DNA from: Octopus vulgaris
Lineage: Eukaryota
DNA length: 64,000 bases
Direction: 5' to 3'
Assembly: GCA_951406725.2 (NCBI GenBank)
Contig: OX597829.1
Span: 30,876,001 to 30,940,000, forward strand
Positions 24,426 to 37,450 of the stretch are shown here, piece after piece. The position numbers and the translations under genes were made by a program. The number at the start of each line of letters is the position of its first letter. The first letter of the stretch is position 1. The notes beneath the pieces were generated by a model that worked only from the letters and a program-made list of their open reading frames with translations, had not been told where the DNA came from and searched no databases.

Positions 24426-25097
24426 GAGGGTGCTGGTGCTGATGATGATTAACAAAAAGAAATTGATGAAGGCAAAAAAATTTGAAGAGATAGGGGACTG
24501 AGAGAGGTAAGAGGAGAATGATAAAAGTAGTTTGAGGTGATAGGAAACAGTTGTTTTAATTATATATGTGTGTATGTCTGTGTGTGTGTCCATGTGTGTA
24601 TGTATGCGTGTTTTTATGTGTGTGTGTGTGTATTGTTGCTAGTTCCAGTAAATCTTTGAATACATACACCATTATAGAGTGGAATTGGAAAGGACAGATG
24701 TTTAGATGGATTCTCTCTCAAATAAAACATGTGAAGAAGACAAAAGTTTTCCTCTTGCTACCAACCAATTTATATTTATAGTGACAGATTTTGCACACAT
24801 TCACAAATACACACACACACACACACATGCACAAACACACACATGCACGCATACACACACACATGATAAAGGTGCACATAAATATAGACATTATACAAAT
24901 ATATGTATAAATATATATGCACACACGCATATATATTTGTTGAATTTTCTGCTGCTTAAAATAAAGTATATATATATATATATATATAATGTACTCACAC
25001 ACACACACTCACATATGTATTTGTGTGCTTATATATGGAATATACTGAGGATAAATCTGGAGAGATCAGAGTTCAAATGAGGACTCAATACACAAGT

Positions 25098-25305
25098 ATG
25101 GCAGCAAGCTGGCAGAGACATTAGCACCAGGCGAAATGCTTAGCGGTATTTCGTCCGTCTTTATGTTCTAAGTTCAAATTACGCCAAGGTCGACTTTGCC
25201 TTTCATCTTTTCAGGGTCGATAAATTAAGTACCAGTTGTGTACTGGGGTTGATCTAATCAACTGCCCCCCTCCCCCAAGATTTTGGGCTTTGTGCCTAGA
25301 ATAAT
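25098..25305 (+). mobile_element. SINE family B
   Basis: Well-preserved head, core and GTGCCTAGA tail. Confidence 0.85.
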
Positions 25306-25602
25306 TAAAAAACAAAAAGAATACACAAATATTCAGAGTAGTGTATTTGATAATGAAAAGCACTATGGCAACCTCATCTATATTACAGGTTTTGATATAT
25401 ATCAATTAAATGCACACACACACACACACACACACATAAATTGAGAGAGATAGAGAGATAAAGAGAGAGAAAGATAAATAGACAGACAGACAGATATATA
25501 GATGGATTGATGGATATATGCATACATATATACAAGTACATGTTCATACATATATAAATCTAAGAATATTAGTATTATGAATTTGCATATGTGTATGTAT
25601 GT

Positions 25603-25940
25603 GTGAAGGTGCATGGTTCAGTGGTTAGAGCGTCGAGCTTACGATCCTGAAGTTGTGATTTCGATTCCTGGAACGAGATGCGTATTCTGTTCTTGAGCAA
25701 GACGCTTTATTTCACGTTGCTCCAGTTCACTCAGCTGTAGAAATGAGTTGCGACGTCACAGGTGCCAATCTGTATCGGCCTTTGCCTTTCCCTTGGATAA
25801 CATTGGTGGTGTGGAGAGAGGAGGGTGGTATGCATAGGCGACTGCTGATCTTCCATAAATAACCTAGCCCGGACTTGTGCCTCGGAGGGTAACTTTCTTG
25901 GTGCAATGCCATGGTCATTCATGACCAAAGGGTTCTCTTT
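25603..25940 (+). mobile_element. SINE family C, tail type 2
   Basis: A box TGGTTCAGTGG, B-box-like TTTCGATTCC, then TTCTTGAGCAAGAC and CCAGTTCACTCAGCTGTAGAAATGAGT. Confidence 0.8.
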
Positions 25941-25976
25941 CTCCTCCTCCTGTATGTATGTATGCATGCATGTATG

Positions 25977-26010
<34 letters not shown>

Positions 26011-26567
26011 TGTATGTATGTATGTATGGTGGTGATGAAAGCTAATAATTAGACAATAAGGAAGAAAAATAAAGATGCCAAAATAATGGGAAAATATTTT
26101 AAAAAATCATGTTCATCACTCCCAAAATACTATACAGGTATGATTCACTGCAGAAGTTCATGAAGAACAACATTTTTTGTGTAAACATGAGGAGGCATTA
26201 ACACACCTTGGCCTCAGACTGTAGTGTTCCTAACTCCAACCCAAATTGGATCACTTCACAGCCTAGACTACAGGTATTGCTTATGAACACTTACTAAAGG
26301 AGCATTGAAATTTCTTATGACTGTTGCAATGCCAGACGAATCATCTGAATTTATGAACATTAAAATATTATGAGACAATGAAGATAAGAGAATTAAGTTC
26401 CAAATACAAAACAATAAACAAAACAGTTCCAGCAGGAAAGTGGAGACGTTGTTTAAACTTGGTGTTAGTGAAAGAAAAAAATCAAATCAATCTTAAGTAT
26501 CAGTGTTCTAGAGATACTTACCTCAAAGATGTGTGATGCACAGCTAATTATCAAAATTTATGAATAT

Positions 26568-26976
26568 AGCGCAGGAGTGGCTGTGTGGTAAGTAGCTTGT
26601 TTACCAACCGCATGGTTCCGGGTTCAGTCCCACTGCGTGGCACCTTGGGCAAGTGTCTTCTACTATAGCCTCGAGCCGACCAAAGCCTTGTGAGTGGATT
26701 TGGTAGACGGAAACTGAAAGAAGCCTGTCGTATATATGTATATATATATGTATATGTATGTGTGTGTTTGTGTGTCTGTGTTTGTCCCCCTAGCATTGCT
26801 TGACAACCGATGCTGGTGTGTTTACGTCCCCGTCACTTAGCGGTTCGGCAAAAGAGACCGATAGAATAAGTACTGGGCTTACAAAGAATAAGTCCCGGGG
26901 TTTATTTGCTCGACTAAAGGCGGTGCTCCAGCATGGCTGCAGTCAAATGACTGAAACAAGTAAAAGAGTAAAAGAG
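26568..26976 (+). mobile_element. SINE family A, full-length young copy (tRNA-derived, CORE-like)
   Basis: A box TGGCTGTGTGG, B box GGTTCAGTCCC, CORE-like CACCTTGGGCAAGTGTCTT, internal (TA/TG)n and (GTAAAAGA)n tail. CpGs are retained. Confidence 0.92.
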
Positions 26977-27168
26977 ATTAAAACATTAATAAAGTATTAA
27001 GAAAGCAGAATGAACTTCCAGATATAAAAGACAAATAGGACAACTAAATACAGATTGTTGTAGTAAGAAAGTAGAAACACTGCTGGTTAATTTAGGAAAC
27101 AAAATAATGGAAATACCTTAAATGGATGACTGACTGATTATATATATAGGTGGCATATATGTATGTAT

Positions 27169-27204
<36 letters not shown>

Positions 27205-27274
27205 CATCATCATCATTGTTTAACGTCTGCTTTCCATTATTTTGTCTAACCCCTGTATATAAATGCATATTTTG

Positions 27275-27605
27275 CCTTCTATCTTTTACTTTTTTCAGTC
27301 ATTAGATTGTGGCCATGTTGGAACTTATTTTATAGGACCCTTTTGCTGAACTGCTAAGTTACAGGGATGTAAAAAAACAAACACAGGTTGTCAAGTGGTG
27401 GTGGTGGTGGGCACAAAGACAGACACAGCACACACACACGATGAGCCTCATTCAGTTTCTGTCTGTGAAACCCACTCACAAGGCTTTGGTTGACCCAAGG
27501 CTATAGTAGAAGACATTTGTGAAGGTACCATGCACAGTGGGACTGAACCCAGAACCATGTGGTTGGGAAACAAACTTCTTACTACATACCCATCCCTGTG
27601 CCTAT
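27275..27605 (-). mobile_element. SINE family A, decayed
   Basis: Reverse match to 26568-26976. Further partial copies at 18742-18910, 21570-21780, 57340-57555. Confidence 0.8.
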
Positions 27606-27700
27606 ATATAAATATTAAGAGAAGATGGATTGAATATGCTTTATTACATATCACTACAACTGTTTCAAAACATCACATCATCAGGAGAAATTTGGCTCAT

Positions 27701-27733
<33 letters not shown>

Positions 27734-27986
27734 CACACACACTCCCTCACACACATACACACACACACATGCATGCATATTTATACATGATAAGATTCTT
27801 TACAATTTCTGTCTACAAAATTTGCTAACAAGACAGTTGGCCAAGGTACAGAACAGCAAAACTGAGATTTGAGAAGCGAATTTCTTAACCACATAGCTAT
27901 GCTTGTGTCTGTAAAAATATGAAAAGGAAGAAAAAAAATCACTCATTCTCCTTTTCATCATCCTTCACACAACCATTTACCTTTAA

Positions 27987-28623
27987 CTTTTTTTGATACC
28001 TACCCACTCAAGATCACCTGTGATTCCATGATCCAAATTTCCTATTTTAAAGGAATATAAATTAAAATCTCATGTAATTTATGTCCTAAACACCAGCCTA
28101 ACAATGCCAGCTATTTTATTAAATTCTTCGCTATTTTCCAAATCAGTTGAAACAAAGGCAGTACTTTTCAATAGGATATGTTAATAAAAGTGTTAATTTA
28201 TGTACCAAACACCTACTAGTATAATAAAAAAGGTATTATATTTTCAAAATTAATTCAAAGGGTGTGTATTTAAACAGATATATGGTAACAAAAGGGTTAA
28301 AGTGATCTAAATTAAAACCTTACATTAAAACTTCATGTTAATTCATGTTCCTAGCACCAGCTTCATAATCATTGAAATATTTTACTGAATTTTTCATTAT
28401 TTAAAAAAATTAAATGTTGAATTTAAACCCTCAGTTGCTATATTTCTGCTGGTATACACTACTTTTGGTTTAATTAGCTCAGAAAATAATGAAGAATTTA
28501 TCAAAATAATTTCCAGAATTTATCAAAATTATTAATTTGTTGCTTGGAACATAAATTAACATAAATTAATGTTTTTGAAAGGTTTTAATTATGATTATCT
28601 CAGGCATGTTGGTACCAGAAGGG
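27987..28623. mobile_element. piggyBac-type MITE with internal direct and inverted subrepeats
   Basis: TTAA|CTTTTTTTGATACC .. GGTACCAGAAGGG|TTAA, with internal AAAGGGTTAA and repeated CACCAGC units. Relatives at 56720-57086 and 47658-47890. Confidence 0.7.
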
Positions 28624-28814
28624 TTAAAATTGGAAATATATTTTGGTTCCTTGATTCATAAACCCAAACTAGACACATTATTCTTGTATTTTTCTTTTTG
28701 TATTATATTAATGTCTAGAGTACAGTTGACTTCCATTATAAAGCATGTCTCTATTTGGTAGTAACAAACAATAACATCAGTCATTTGAGTTTTAATGTTG
28801 TTGCAGTATATACT

Positions 28815-28851
<37 letters not shown>

Positions 28852-28869
28852 TGTATGTATGTATGTATG

Positions 28870-28915
<46 letters not shown>

Positions 28916-28934
28916 TATATACACACACAAGTAT

Positions 28935-28981
<47 letters not shown>

Positions 28982-29383
28982 CAAGCATATATATAAATAC
29001 ATATATTGCATTCCACCAATATAAGTTTAATCTCATCAATCCATCTCAATCTTTATTGATTGTTTTTTCACCTTTTTCTTATTTTAATCCAGGTTGCTAT
29101 GGTTACAACTTTATCACTGTTAGTAATGATGATGATAATGTCTTCAGCTTTTTTCGGCGGTGTTTCATATGGTTTTTCATTTTTTTTTCATTTTTCTTTA
29201 GTTTTATATTTTTCTTTTGTACAAGAGATGCTGAATGCTAAGATACCTTCCTCCTCCTCCCCTACCCCACAAATATATGCATGTGAGTATGAATATATAT
29301 ATATATATTTATATTTATATTTATATATATATATTTATATTTATATTTATATTTATATATATATATATATATTTATATATATA

Positions 29384-30655
29384 GCAGGCTGAGTAAAAAG
29401 TAAGCAACATTTTGAAACATGAAATTCATCACAATATATTTCAACAATGCGGAAATTTTATTCATCAAAGTAAGTACCATTACAATCAACACATTTTTAC
29501 CAACGAATTACAAGTTTGTTTATTCCGGTAACATAAAAATCTGGAGTTCTGGAGCTGATGAACTCTTTTGAATGTACTTTCAGCATCAGTTTGATTTTTG
29601 AACTCCTTCTCTCGCAGGAAACCATCAAGGTGCTTGAAAAAGTGGTAATCAGTAGGAGAAAGGTATAGAAAATAAGCTGGGTGGGGAAGAACTTCATAGC
29701 CAAGTTCCCTCAACTTCTGGAGCATTATTAGTGAAATGCGTGGTCGAACATTGTAATGAAGAATGATTAGCCCTCTTCTGTTGACCAGTCTGGGATGGAG
29801 AAATAGCAGTTTTTCGTTCATTTTGGGCATTTCATGGCATTATGTTTCTGTAGAAATAGTTTTTCTGGGTTTTAAGAAGTTATAGCAGATGAGTCCAGCA
29901 GTACACCACCAAACAGTCACCATAACCTTCTTTTGAGAGCTCGAGTTTAGGGAAGGTTTGTGGTGCTTCATTTTGGCCCAACCACTGCAAAGAACGTATT
30001 TTCTTATTGTAAAGAATCCTCTTTCCATTGCAAGTTACAATACGGCTGAGAAATGGTTACAGAGGAGAAGTGACAAACACATTTCATATCTGTGCATTTT
30101 CTGATTTTCATTCAAATCATGTGGTACCCATTTGTCAAGCTTTTTTGATTTTCCAATCACATGCAAATGGTTGCAGGCAGTTTTCTGGTTAACTTGAAGT
30201 TCTTTTGCCAGTTCTTGAGTGGTTTTACATGGATCTTTCTCCATGATAGTCTTCAATTGATCCTCATCGATGACAGATGGGTGTCCACTACACTCACGAC
30301 CTTCAAGGCTCAGGTCTCCACTGTGAAATCATTTAAACCATTTTCGAGCTGACCACTCACTGGTCATTTCCTCCCCAAACATTTTGTTAATATCACAAGC
30401 AGTTTCAGCTGCTTTATGTCCTGTTTTGAAGTTGAATAGCAAAATTGCTTGAATATCACACACTGACAGTTCTGTTTCAGATGATTGTAAGAACAGTGAA
30501 AAAAATCAACATTAATTCATTGATGCATTTGGGCAAGTCTATGTCTATATTATCAGACAATTGCAAAAAAATGTTTAAGAGAAATTCAAAACTCTGCAAA
30601 AATCCGGTACAAATTCTTTATGGTTCAAAACGTTGCTTACATTTTACAGAACCTA

Positions 30656-30656
<1 letters not shown>
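29384..30656 (-). mobile_element. Near full-length mariner element (~1.27 kb) with pseudogenised transposase
   Basis: TIRs AGGCTGAGTAAAAAGTAAGCAACATTTTGAA / TTCAAAACGTTGCTTACATTTTACAGAACCT in TA runs. Motifs KWVPHDL, KKVMVTVWW and HPAYFLYLSPTDYHFF. Catalytic motifs mutated, with frameshifts. Confidence 0.93.
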
Positions 30657-30717
<61 letters not shown>

Positions 30718-30819
30718 GTTCAGTTCTACTGCATGGCACCTAGGGCAATTATCTTTTCTTAGAACCTCAGGCTGACCAAAGACTTGTGAGTGGATTTGGT
30801 AGACAGAAACTGAAAGAAG

Positions 30820-30850
<31 letters not shown>

Positions 30851-30855
<5 letters not shown>

Positions 30856-31120
30856 CAAAAAAACCACCTTTTATCAATTCAAAATGAACAATTAAATTAC
30901 ACCATCTAGAAAATTACATATAATAGAAAAGTTAAAATTAAAATAACAATAAAATGTAAAGATTAAGTAAAATCTATACGTTTTTCTTACTTTTGCAATT
31001 TACTTCATCTTTTACATTTTATTGTTATTTTAATTTTAACTTTTCTATTATATGTAATTTTCTAGATGGTGTAATTTAATTGTTCATTTTGAATTGATAA
31101 AAGGTGGGTTTTTTCTAATT
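30851..31120. repeat. Long near-perfect inverted repeat (~120-bp arms, ~25-bp spacer)
   Basis: 30851-30972 is the reverse complement of 30998-31120 with few mismatches. It is bounded by (TA)n tracts, between SINE A head (30716-30822) and tail-like (31268-31330) pieces. Confidence 0.92.
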
Positions 31121-31213
31121 TTTTATATATATATTATATTGTGTGACATTTAATTTAGTATTTCTAAATTGAATTTTTTTCCTCATAAGTTTGGATTTTA
31201 TTCCCTCGAATAA

Positions 31214-31263
<50 letters not shown>

Positions 31264-31424
31264 TAAATGGCGGTGCCCCAGCATGGCCACAGCTCATTAG
31301 CTGAAACTGGAAAAATCAAAATCAAAAAATCAAATACATACATATATATATATATGTATATACATATGTATGTATGTGTGTATGTATATATGTATTTATG
31401 TATGTATGTATGTATGTATGTACA

Positions 31425-31945
31425 TGATTTCTATCAACCAAAAGAACAAGCTAGTTTCAGGACAGGATTCTCTACTATTGATCACAGTCAGGTGGTCGGT
31501 CATCTACAAGAGAGGCGAATGAATGCAACTTTCCACTCTGCTTTGCCTTTGTTGACTATGAGAAGGCCTTTGACTCAATAGACTTCACACCACACCTTGT
31601 AGCTCTGAAGAACCAAGGAGTGGTTCTTACCTTCATTGCTCTACTGAAAGACGTTTACAACAATGCAGCATTGACCCTCAGGCTACACCAAGACAGCATT
31701 AGGATCAAGCTAGAGAGAGGAGTAAAGTAAGGTGACAACATCTCATTTAAGTTGTTTACACCGTGCCTGCAAGATGCTCTCATCATCAAAATCCAATGGG
31801 ACAAGAAAGGCATCAATGTTGATGGTGAACAACTATGCTACCTGGACTTTGCTGATGATATCCTGACAATGCATACACCTAAGGAACTGAAAGAAATGCT
31901 CACCAAAGTGATGTTCAACAGGCATGCTATGTCAGCACCCATCAT
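31425..31945 (+). mobile_element. RTE-clade reverse transcriptase fragment
   Basis: QPKEQASFRTGFSTIDH..FVDYEKAFDS..RGVK*GDNIS..YLDFADDI. Confidence 0.85.
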
Positions 31946-32139
31946 TTTGTATATTTGTAACTCGGTGTTACTTTGGTGGCATGCATTGCTCTCTGTTTAA
32001 TTATAATAACAATAATAATCCTTTCTACTAAAGGCTCAAGGCCTGAAAGTTGGGGTAGGGGATAATCAATTAAATCAACCCCAGTAGACAGCATAAGAGA
32101 TACAGATTAATCCAAAGAAGAACCTAAAAAAAATAATAA

Positions 32140-33470
32140 TAATAGCATTGCCAATAAGGAAGGGACTACTGGCATCAGCGATTTAAGTGATTTAAATGAG
32201 GAAGACCAGAAGATTTTAGATGAGTTGCAGGAAGTAATGAGTAAAGAAGTAAGAAAAAATTGCCAGCATTAAAAGGCATTAACAGAAGGAAGCTGCTAGA
32301 AATGACTAGGAAAGTAGATTCTCTTATCAGTTGGATAGATACTAAAATATAAGAGACACTACTTATTGATCTCTGCAGGAGGGGTAGTTGTTACTAGAAG
32401 ATTAAATATTCCACAAAGAAAGAATAGAAAAGAGTAAATGTTGAAAAAGAGACTACAAAATTAAGTGAAAACTTTAAGACAAGATCTGAGTAGATCTGAG
32501 TAGCCTGAAAGCTGAACAAGTTAGGAAACACAAGATGCAAATCTTCCCTTGAGAAAAGATACTTAGTCAAAGAGAAATGATCTGGGATAGTAATAGGAGA
32601 GTTGAAACAGCACGTCATAGTAGTTTCTGAAGAGTAGATATATACTCCTGTTAGGTAATAGCGAAGAAAGTTTACTAAAAGCTGCTAAAGTCACAACAAG
32701 ACATGGGGAAACCAAAAACCCAAATGAAGTTGAAAACAAGAAAAAAAAACCCCAGAAGTTATCTGACTGGCAGGGGAAGGTATTGCATGGTAGATTTCCA
32801 AAGATAGTTGCAGCAAATAGTAGTAGTGAGACACGTTTATGGTTGTAGAAAGGAGAGCTGAAAATAGAGAGAGAAAGTTTGTTAGTAGCTGCACAGGATC
32901 AAGCGTTAAACACTAATTGGATAAAAGCCAAGATAGACAATAACTAAGTAGATTCCCAATGTAAGTTATGCAAATCAAAAGAGAAAAGTGTTACTCATAT
33001 AGTAAGTGAATGTTGCATGCTGGCACAGAAAGAATACAAGAAAAGACATGACAACCTAGGGAGAGTAATCGACTGGGAATTATGTTGAAAGCTAGGATTT
33101 GAGCATACTGATAAATGGTATGAACACAAACCTAGTAAAGTGTTACAAAGTAAGAACTACAAGATGTTGTGGGACTTTATCATTCAGAGTGACAGAGTAA
33201 TTGAAGCTAGTAAGCCTGATTTAATAGTAGTAGATAAAGAGAATAGTAAATGTCAGATAATTAACTTTACAGTTTCAAATGATGAAAAAATCAATATGAG
33301 AGGTATAGAAAAAATAACAAAGTACCAGGACCTAGCCATTGAATTACAGAGACTATGGAAAATGCAGGTAAAATGTATCCCAGTAGTTATTGGTGCATTG
33401 AGAACTATCCCTAAGGGTCTGAACAGATGGATTGAGGAAATAGGCATAAAACTCAGTTTAGTACAGCTCC
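32140..33470 (+). mobile_element. Older R4/Dong-like LINE lacking the RT region
   Basis: The N-terminal part matches 60040-60310. It then jumps to the CKLCKSKEKSVTHIVSEC zinc knuckle, KRHD, KPDLIVVD and KYQDLAIELQRLW. Confidence 0.85.
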
Positions 33471-33765
33471 AGGGACAGCTAGGATATTCTCCATTCGGCT
33501 GCCAGTTGTGGTAGACATCTGCCAAGGGATTACTGAACAAGTCTGGCATATGAAGATAGAGCTTGAAGGACAGACCATGCAGCCCCGGAGACCTCTCTCT
33601 TGTGCAACCCATTATCGCATCCTGCATGTCTTTGGCTGTTATTGGCATTTCACGGAACTCTGAATCCCTGGCCAAAAGGCACAGCATACTGTTGAGGCTG
33701 GAGGTGAAATCCACTTCCATCCTCGACATACCATGCACCCCGAACAGTTTGGCAAAGTACCACTG
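33471..33765 (-). mobile_element. L1/Tx1-like LINE ORF2 fragment
   Basis: PITAKDMQDAI..RSPGLHGLSFKLY..LADVYHNW resembles the SPGxDG motif preceding L1/Tx1 RT. Confidence 0.65.
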
Positions 33766-33781
33766 AATGATGATGATGATG

Positions 33782-33823
<42 letters not shown>

Positions 33824-33877
33824 ATAATTATTATATGAACAATAATGATAATAATAATAATAATAATAATAATTATA

Positions 33878-33914
<37 letters not shown>

Positions 33915-33927
33915 CAATAATAATAAT

Positions 33928-34138
33928 GGTTTCAAATTTGGCACAGGGACAGCAATTTTGAGGAGTGGGGTAAACAAATTATATTGACCCCAGTGCATAA
34001 CTGGTATTTATTTTATCAACCTCGAAAGGATGAAAGGCAAAGTTGACCTTGGCAGAATTTGAACTCAGAACATAGTGACAGACAAAATACTGCCAAGCAT
34101 TCCACTCGGCATGCTAATGATTCTGCTAGCTTGACGCC

Positions 34139-34140
<2 letters not shown>
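33928..34140 (-). mobile_element. SINE family B between (AAT)n tracts
   Basis: Full head, core and tail. Similar copies at 36370-36592, 37060-37210, 37672-37880, 48697-48880 and 49495-49630. Confidence 0.85.
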
Positions 34141-34199
<59 letters not shown>

Positions 34200-34340
34200 T
34201 CAAAATAATAATAATTATTTCAATAGTAGTTTCAAATTTTGGCACAAGGCCAGCAAGTTTGGAGGTATGGGTAAATTGATAACATCAACTCCAGTGCTCA
34301 CCTGGTACTTTTATTTCCTGAAAGGATGAAAAACAAAGTT

Positions 34341-36150
34341 ACATCCCCATTAGAAGAGGAATATTCCAGGGAGACACGCTCTCTCCACTCCTTTTCTGCT
34401 TGGCACTGTCACCTCTATCTGATATGCTAAATAGAACTGGATGCGGATATAAATGTTACGGCAAAACGATCAGCCACCTTTTATATATGGATGACCTAAA
34501 ACTATACGCTGCAAATGACAAACAGCTGGAAACACTATTAAAGACAGTTCATGGATTTACCAAAGAAATAGATATGAAATTTGGATTAGAAAAATGCGCC
34601 AAAGTAACCATGAAAAGAGGAAAACTAGTTAAGAGTAACAACATCACACTAGATAAAACCAATGAAATAAAAGAATTAGACCAAAGCCAAACTTACAAAT
34701 ACTTAGGAATCCATGAACTAGATAAGACACAACACACACAAATGAAAGAGAAAATATAAAAAGAATATTATAGACGAGTTAGATCAATACTAAACACAGA
34801 GCTCAATGCTAAAAACAAGATAATAGGTATCAACACTTTAGCTGTCCCAGTTATAAGTTACAGCTACAATATCCTTAACTGGACACGAAATGAACTGACC
34901 AAAATAGATAGGAAAACAAGAAAAATAATGACAGGATCTAGGATGCATCACCCAAAATCTGACATAGAAAGACTATATATACAACGTATAGAAGGTGGTA
35001 GAGGCCTTATACAGCTGGAAAACTACTATAAAATAACCACCATAGGACTGCAAAAATATCTACTTCAGAAGGAAGGAAAACTGATCCAGATAGCGGCAAA
35101 ACACGAGCAAAACAAAAAACTGTTCTCAGTATTTAAGGAAGCTGACAAATACAAACAAGAAATCATACCACCTAATAAACATGAAGAAGAAGAAGAAGAA
35201 GATGAAGAAACAACAAAAGCTATAAAACAAATGAAATCCAAACTAAAAACAGAACAGCAATGAACCATGATAAAACGATGGCAAGAAAAGCCCCTTCATG
35301 GTAAATACTGCACTAAACTAAACGCAAAAGAAATAGACAAAGAAAAATCCCAGCAATGGTTGAGAAGCTCAGGACTCAAAGCAGAAACAGAGGGATTTTT
35401 AATTGTAACACAAGACCAAAGCCTCCCCACCAGAAATTACCAAAAACATGTAATGAAAAGAAATATTACAAGTAACTGCAGAATATGTGGAGATGGACAA
35501 GAAACAATAAATCATATTATCTCTAGCTGCCCAGTCCTGGCTAAGAAGGAATATATTCACAGACATGACAGAGTTGGAACCTACATACATTGGAAGCTAT
35601 GCCAACATTATGGAATAACAACAGAAAAAAGATGGTATAGGCACACACCAGAAAAGGTCACAGAAAACGAAAGCAACCATACTCTGGGATATGCCGATAC
35701 ACACAGATAGAGAAATTAAGGCCAACAGACCAGATATAGTTGTCAGAGATCATGAAGAAAAAAAATGCTTTTTAATTGATGTATCAATACCGGCAGATGA
35801 CAACGTGTCTCTAAAAGAAATGGAGAAACTCTCAAAATACAAAGACCTGGAAATAGAGGTAACTAGAATGTGGAATCTGAAAACAGAAACAATTCCTATC
35901 ATAGTAGGTGCATTAGGCATGATAAAAAAATATTCAGACAAATACATAACAAAAACACCAGGACTTACAAACACATATAACATACAGAAAATTGCACTAC
36001 TAGGCACTGCCCACATCCTACGCAGAACACTTTCCATACAATAACCATCAGAGCATCACAACAAATCACAGCACATACCCAAGGCACACAGAGCTGCGCT
36101 CGGTAGTGAAGTGAAAGCACGCTATAAAAATAAAAATAAAACTACTGAAT
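34341..36150 (+). mobile_element. Young 5'-truncated R4/Dong-like LINE (RT, CCHC knuckle, REL endonuclease)
   Basis: RGIFQGDTLSPLLF, HLLYMDDLKLY, CRICGDGQETINHIISSC, RHD, RPDIVV, IDVSIP, EKLSKYKDL. Only two stops (34757, 35261) and one frameshift (~35675). It ends in (AAT)n. Confidence 0.95.
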
Positions 36151-36603
36151 AATAATAATAATAATAATGATCAAAATAATAATAATAATTTCAAATTTTG
36201 GCACAAGGCCAGCAAGTTTGGAGGTATGGGTAAATTGATAACATCAACTCCAGTGCTCACCTGGTACTTTTATTTCCTGAAAGGATGAAAAACAAAGTTC
36301 ACTGCTGTTAAGCATTTTGCTCAGTGTGCTAATGATTTTGCTAGCTTGCTTCCTCTATAATAATTTTAATAATAATCCTTTCTGCTATAGGCACAAGGCC
36401 TGAAATTTTGCAGGAGTGGGGACCAGTCAATTAGATTGACCCCAGTACCCAACTGGCACTTAATTTGTCGACCCCAAAAGGTTGAAAGGCAAAGGCAGCC
36501 TTGGTAAAATTTGAACTCAGAACATAATGGCAGACAAAATGCCGCCAAGCATTTCACCCAGCATGCTAATGATTCTGTCAGCTTGCTGCCTTAATAATTT
36601 TAA

Positions 36604-36814
36604 TACTCTTTTACTCTTTTACTTGTTTCAGTCATTTGACTGCGGCCATGCTGGAGTACCGCCTTTAGTCGAGCTAACCGACCTCAGGACTTATTATTTG
36701 TAAGACTAGTACTTATTCTATCAGTCTCTTTTGCTGAACCGCTAAGTTACGGGGACGTAAAAACACCAGCATCAGTTGTCAAGCGATGTTGGGGGGACAA
36801 ACACAGACACACAA

Positions 36815-36848
<34 letters not shown>

Positions 36849-37058
36849 GCATATATGGTAAACGGACACTAAACGATGATGATGATGATGATGACATATA
36901 TATACAACGGGCTTCTTTCAGTTTCTGTCTACCAAATTCACTCACAAGGCTTTGGTCGGTCCGAGGCTATAGTAGAAGACACTTGCCCAAGGTGCCATGC
37001 AGTGGGACTGAACCCGGAACCATGTGGCTGGTAAGCAAACTACTTACACACAGTCACA
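36604..37058 (-). mobile_element. SINE family A with a ~37-bp RTE tail in its microsatellite
   Basis: Full reverse match. GGTAAACGGACACTAAAC(GAT)n at 36857-36894. Confidence 0.88.
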
Positions 37059-37402
37059 ATAATAATTCTTTCTAATTTTGGCATAAAGACAGCAATTTTG
37101 AAGGAAGGAGAAAGTCGATTACATCAATACCAGTGCTCAGCTGGTGCTTATTTTATCGACCCTGAAAGGATAAAAAAGCTAAGTTGACCTTGGTGGCTTT
37201 TGAACTCAGTTAAATCAACTCTACATGCTAACCAGTCATCTGTGTCTGGTCTTTCTTGAACTCCTGATCTAGGTACTCTTCATAGGGTGAGATATATTCT
37301 TTCAACAGTAAGCACCAGGCATGAAACTTGGGTGGGGGATAGTAAATCATTATTTACATTATTTACTTTCGACAGATATTTGTCCTCATCTTGATTGTTG
37401 TT

Positions 37403-37450
37403 AACACAACATTTCGGCTGATATACTCCCCCAGCTTTCTTCAGGTGTCT
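37403..37450 (-). ncRNA. Minimal hammerhead ribozyme-like motif, decayed
   Basis: Minus strand reads GACAC-CUGAAGA-A-AGCUG(11 nt)CAGCC-GAAA-UG-UU-GUGUU, with stem I GACAC/GUGUU and stem II GCUG/CAGC. Confidence 0.6.

Noticed and set aside
23972-24593. Gly/Val-rich membrane protein or Pro/His-rich protein
   Set aside because: It is a degenerate (GGT)n tract open in several frames on both strands.
25603-25675. tRNA genes at SINE heads (also 26570-26635)
   Set aside because: They have A/B boxes but no complete cloverleaf, and they continue into SINE bodies present in multiple copies.
29486-30450. Domesticated SETMAR-like gene
   Set aside because: It has multiple frameshifts, mutated catalytic motifs, retained TIRs and no SET domain.
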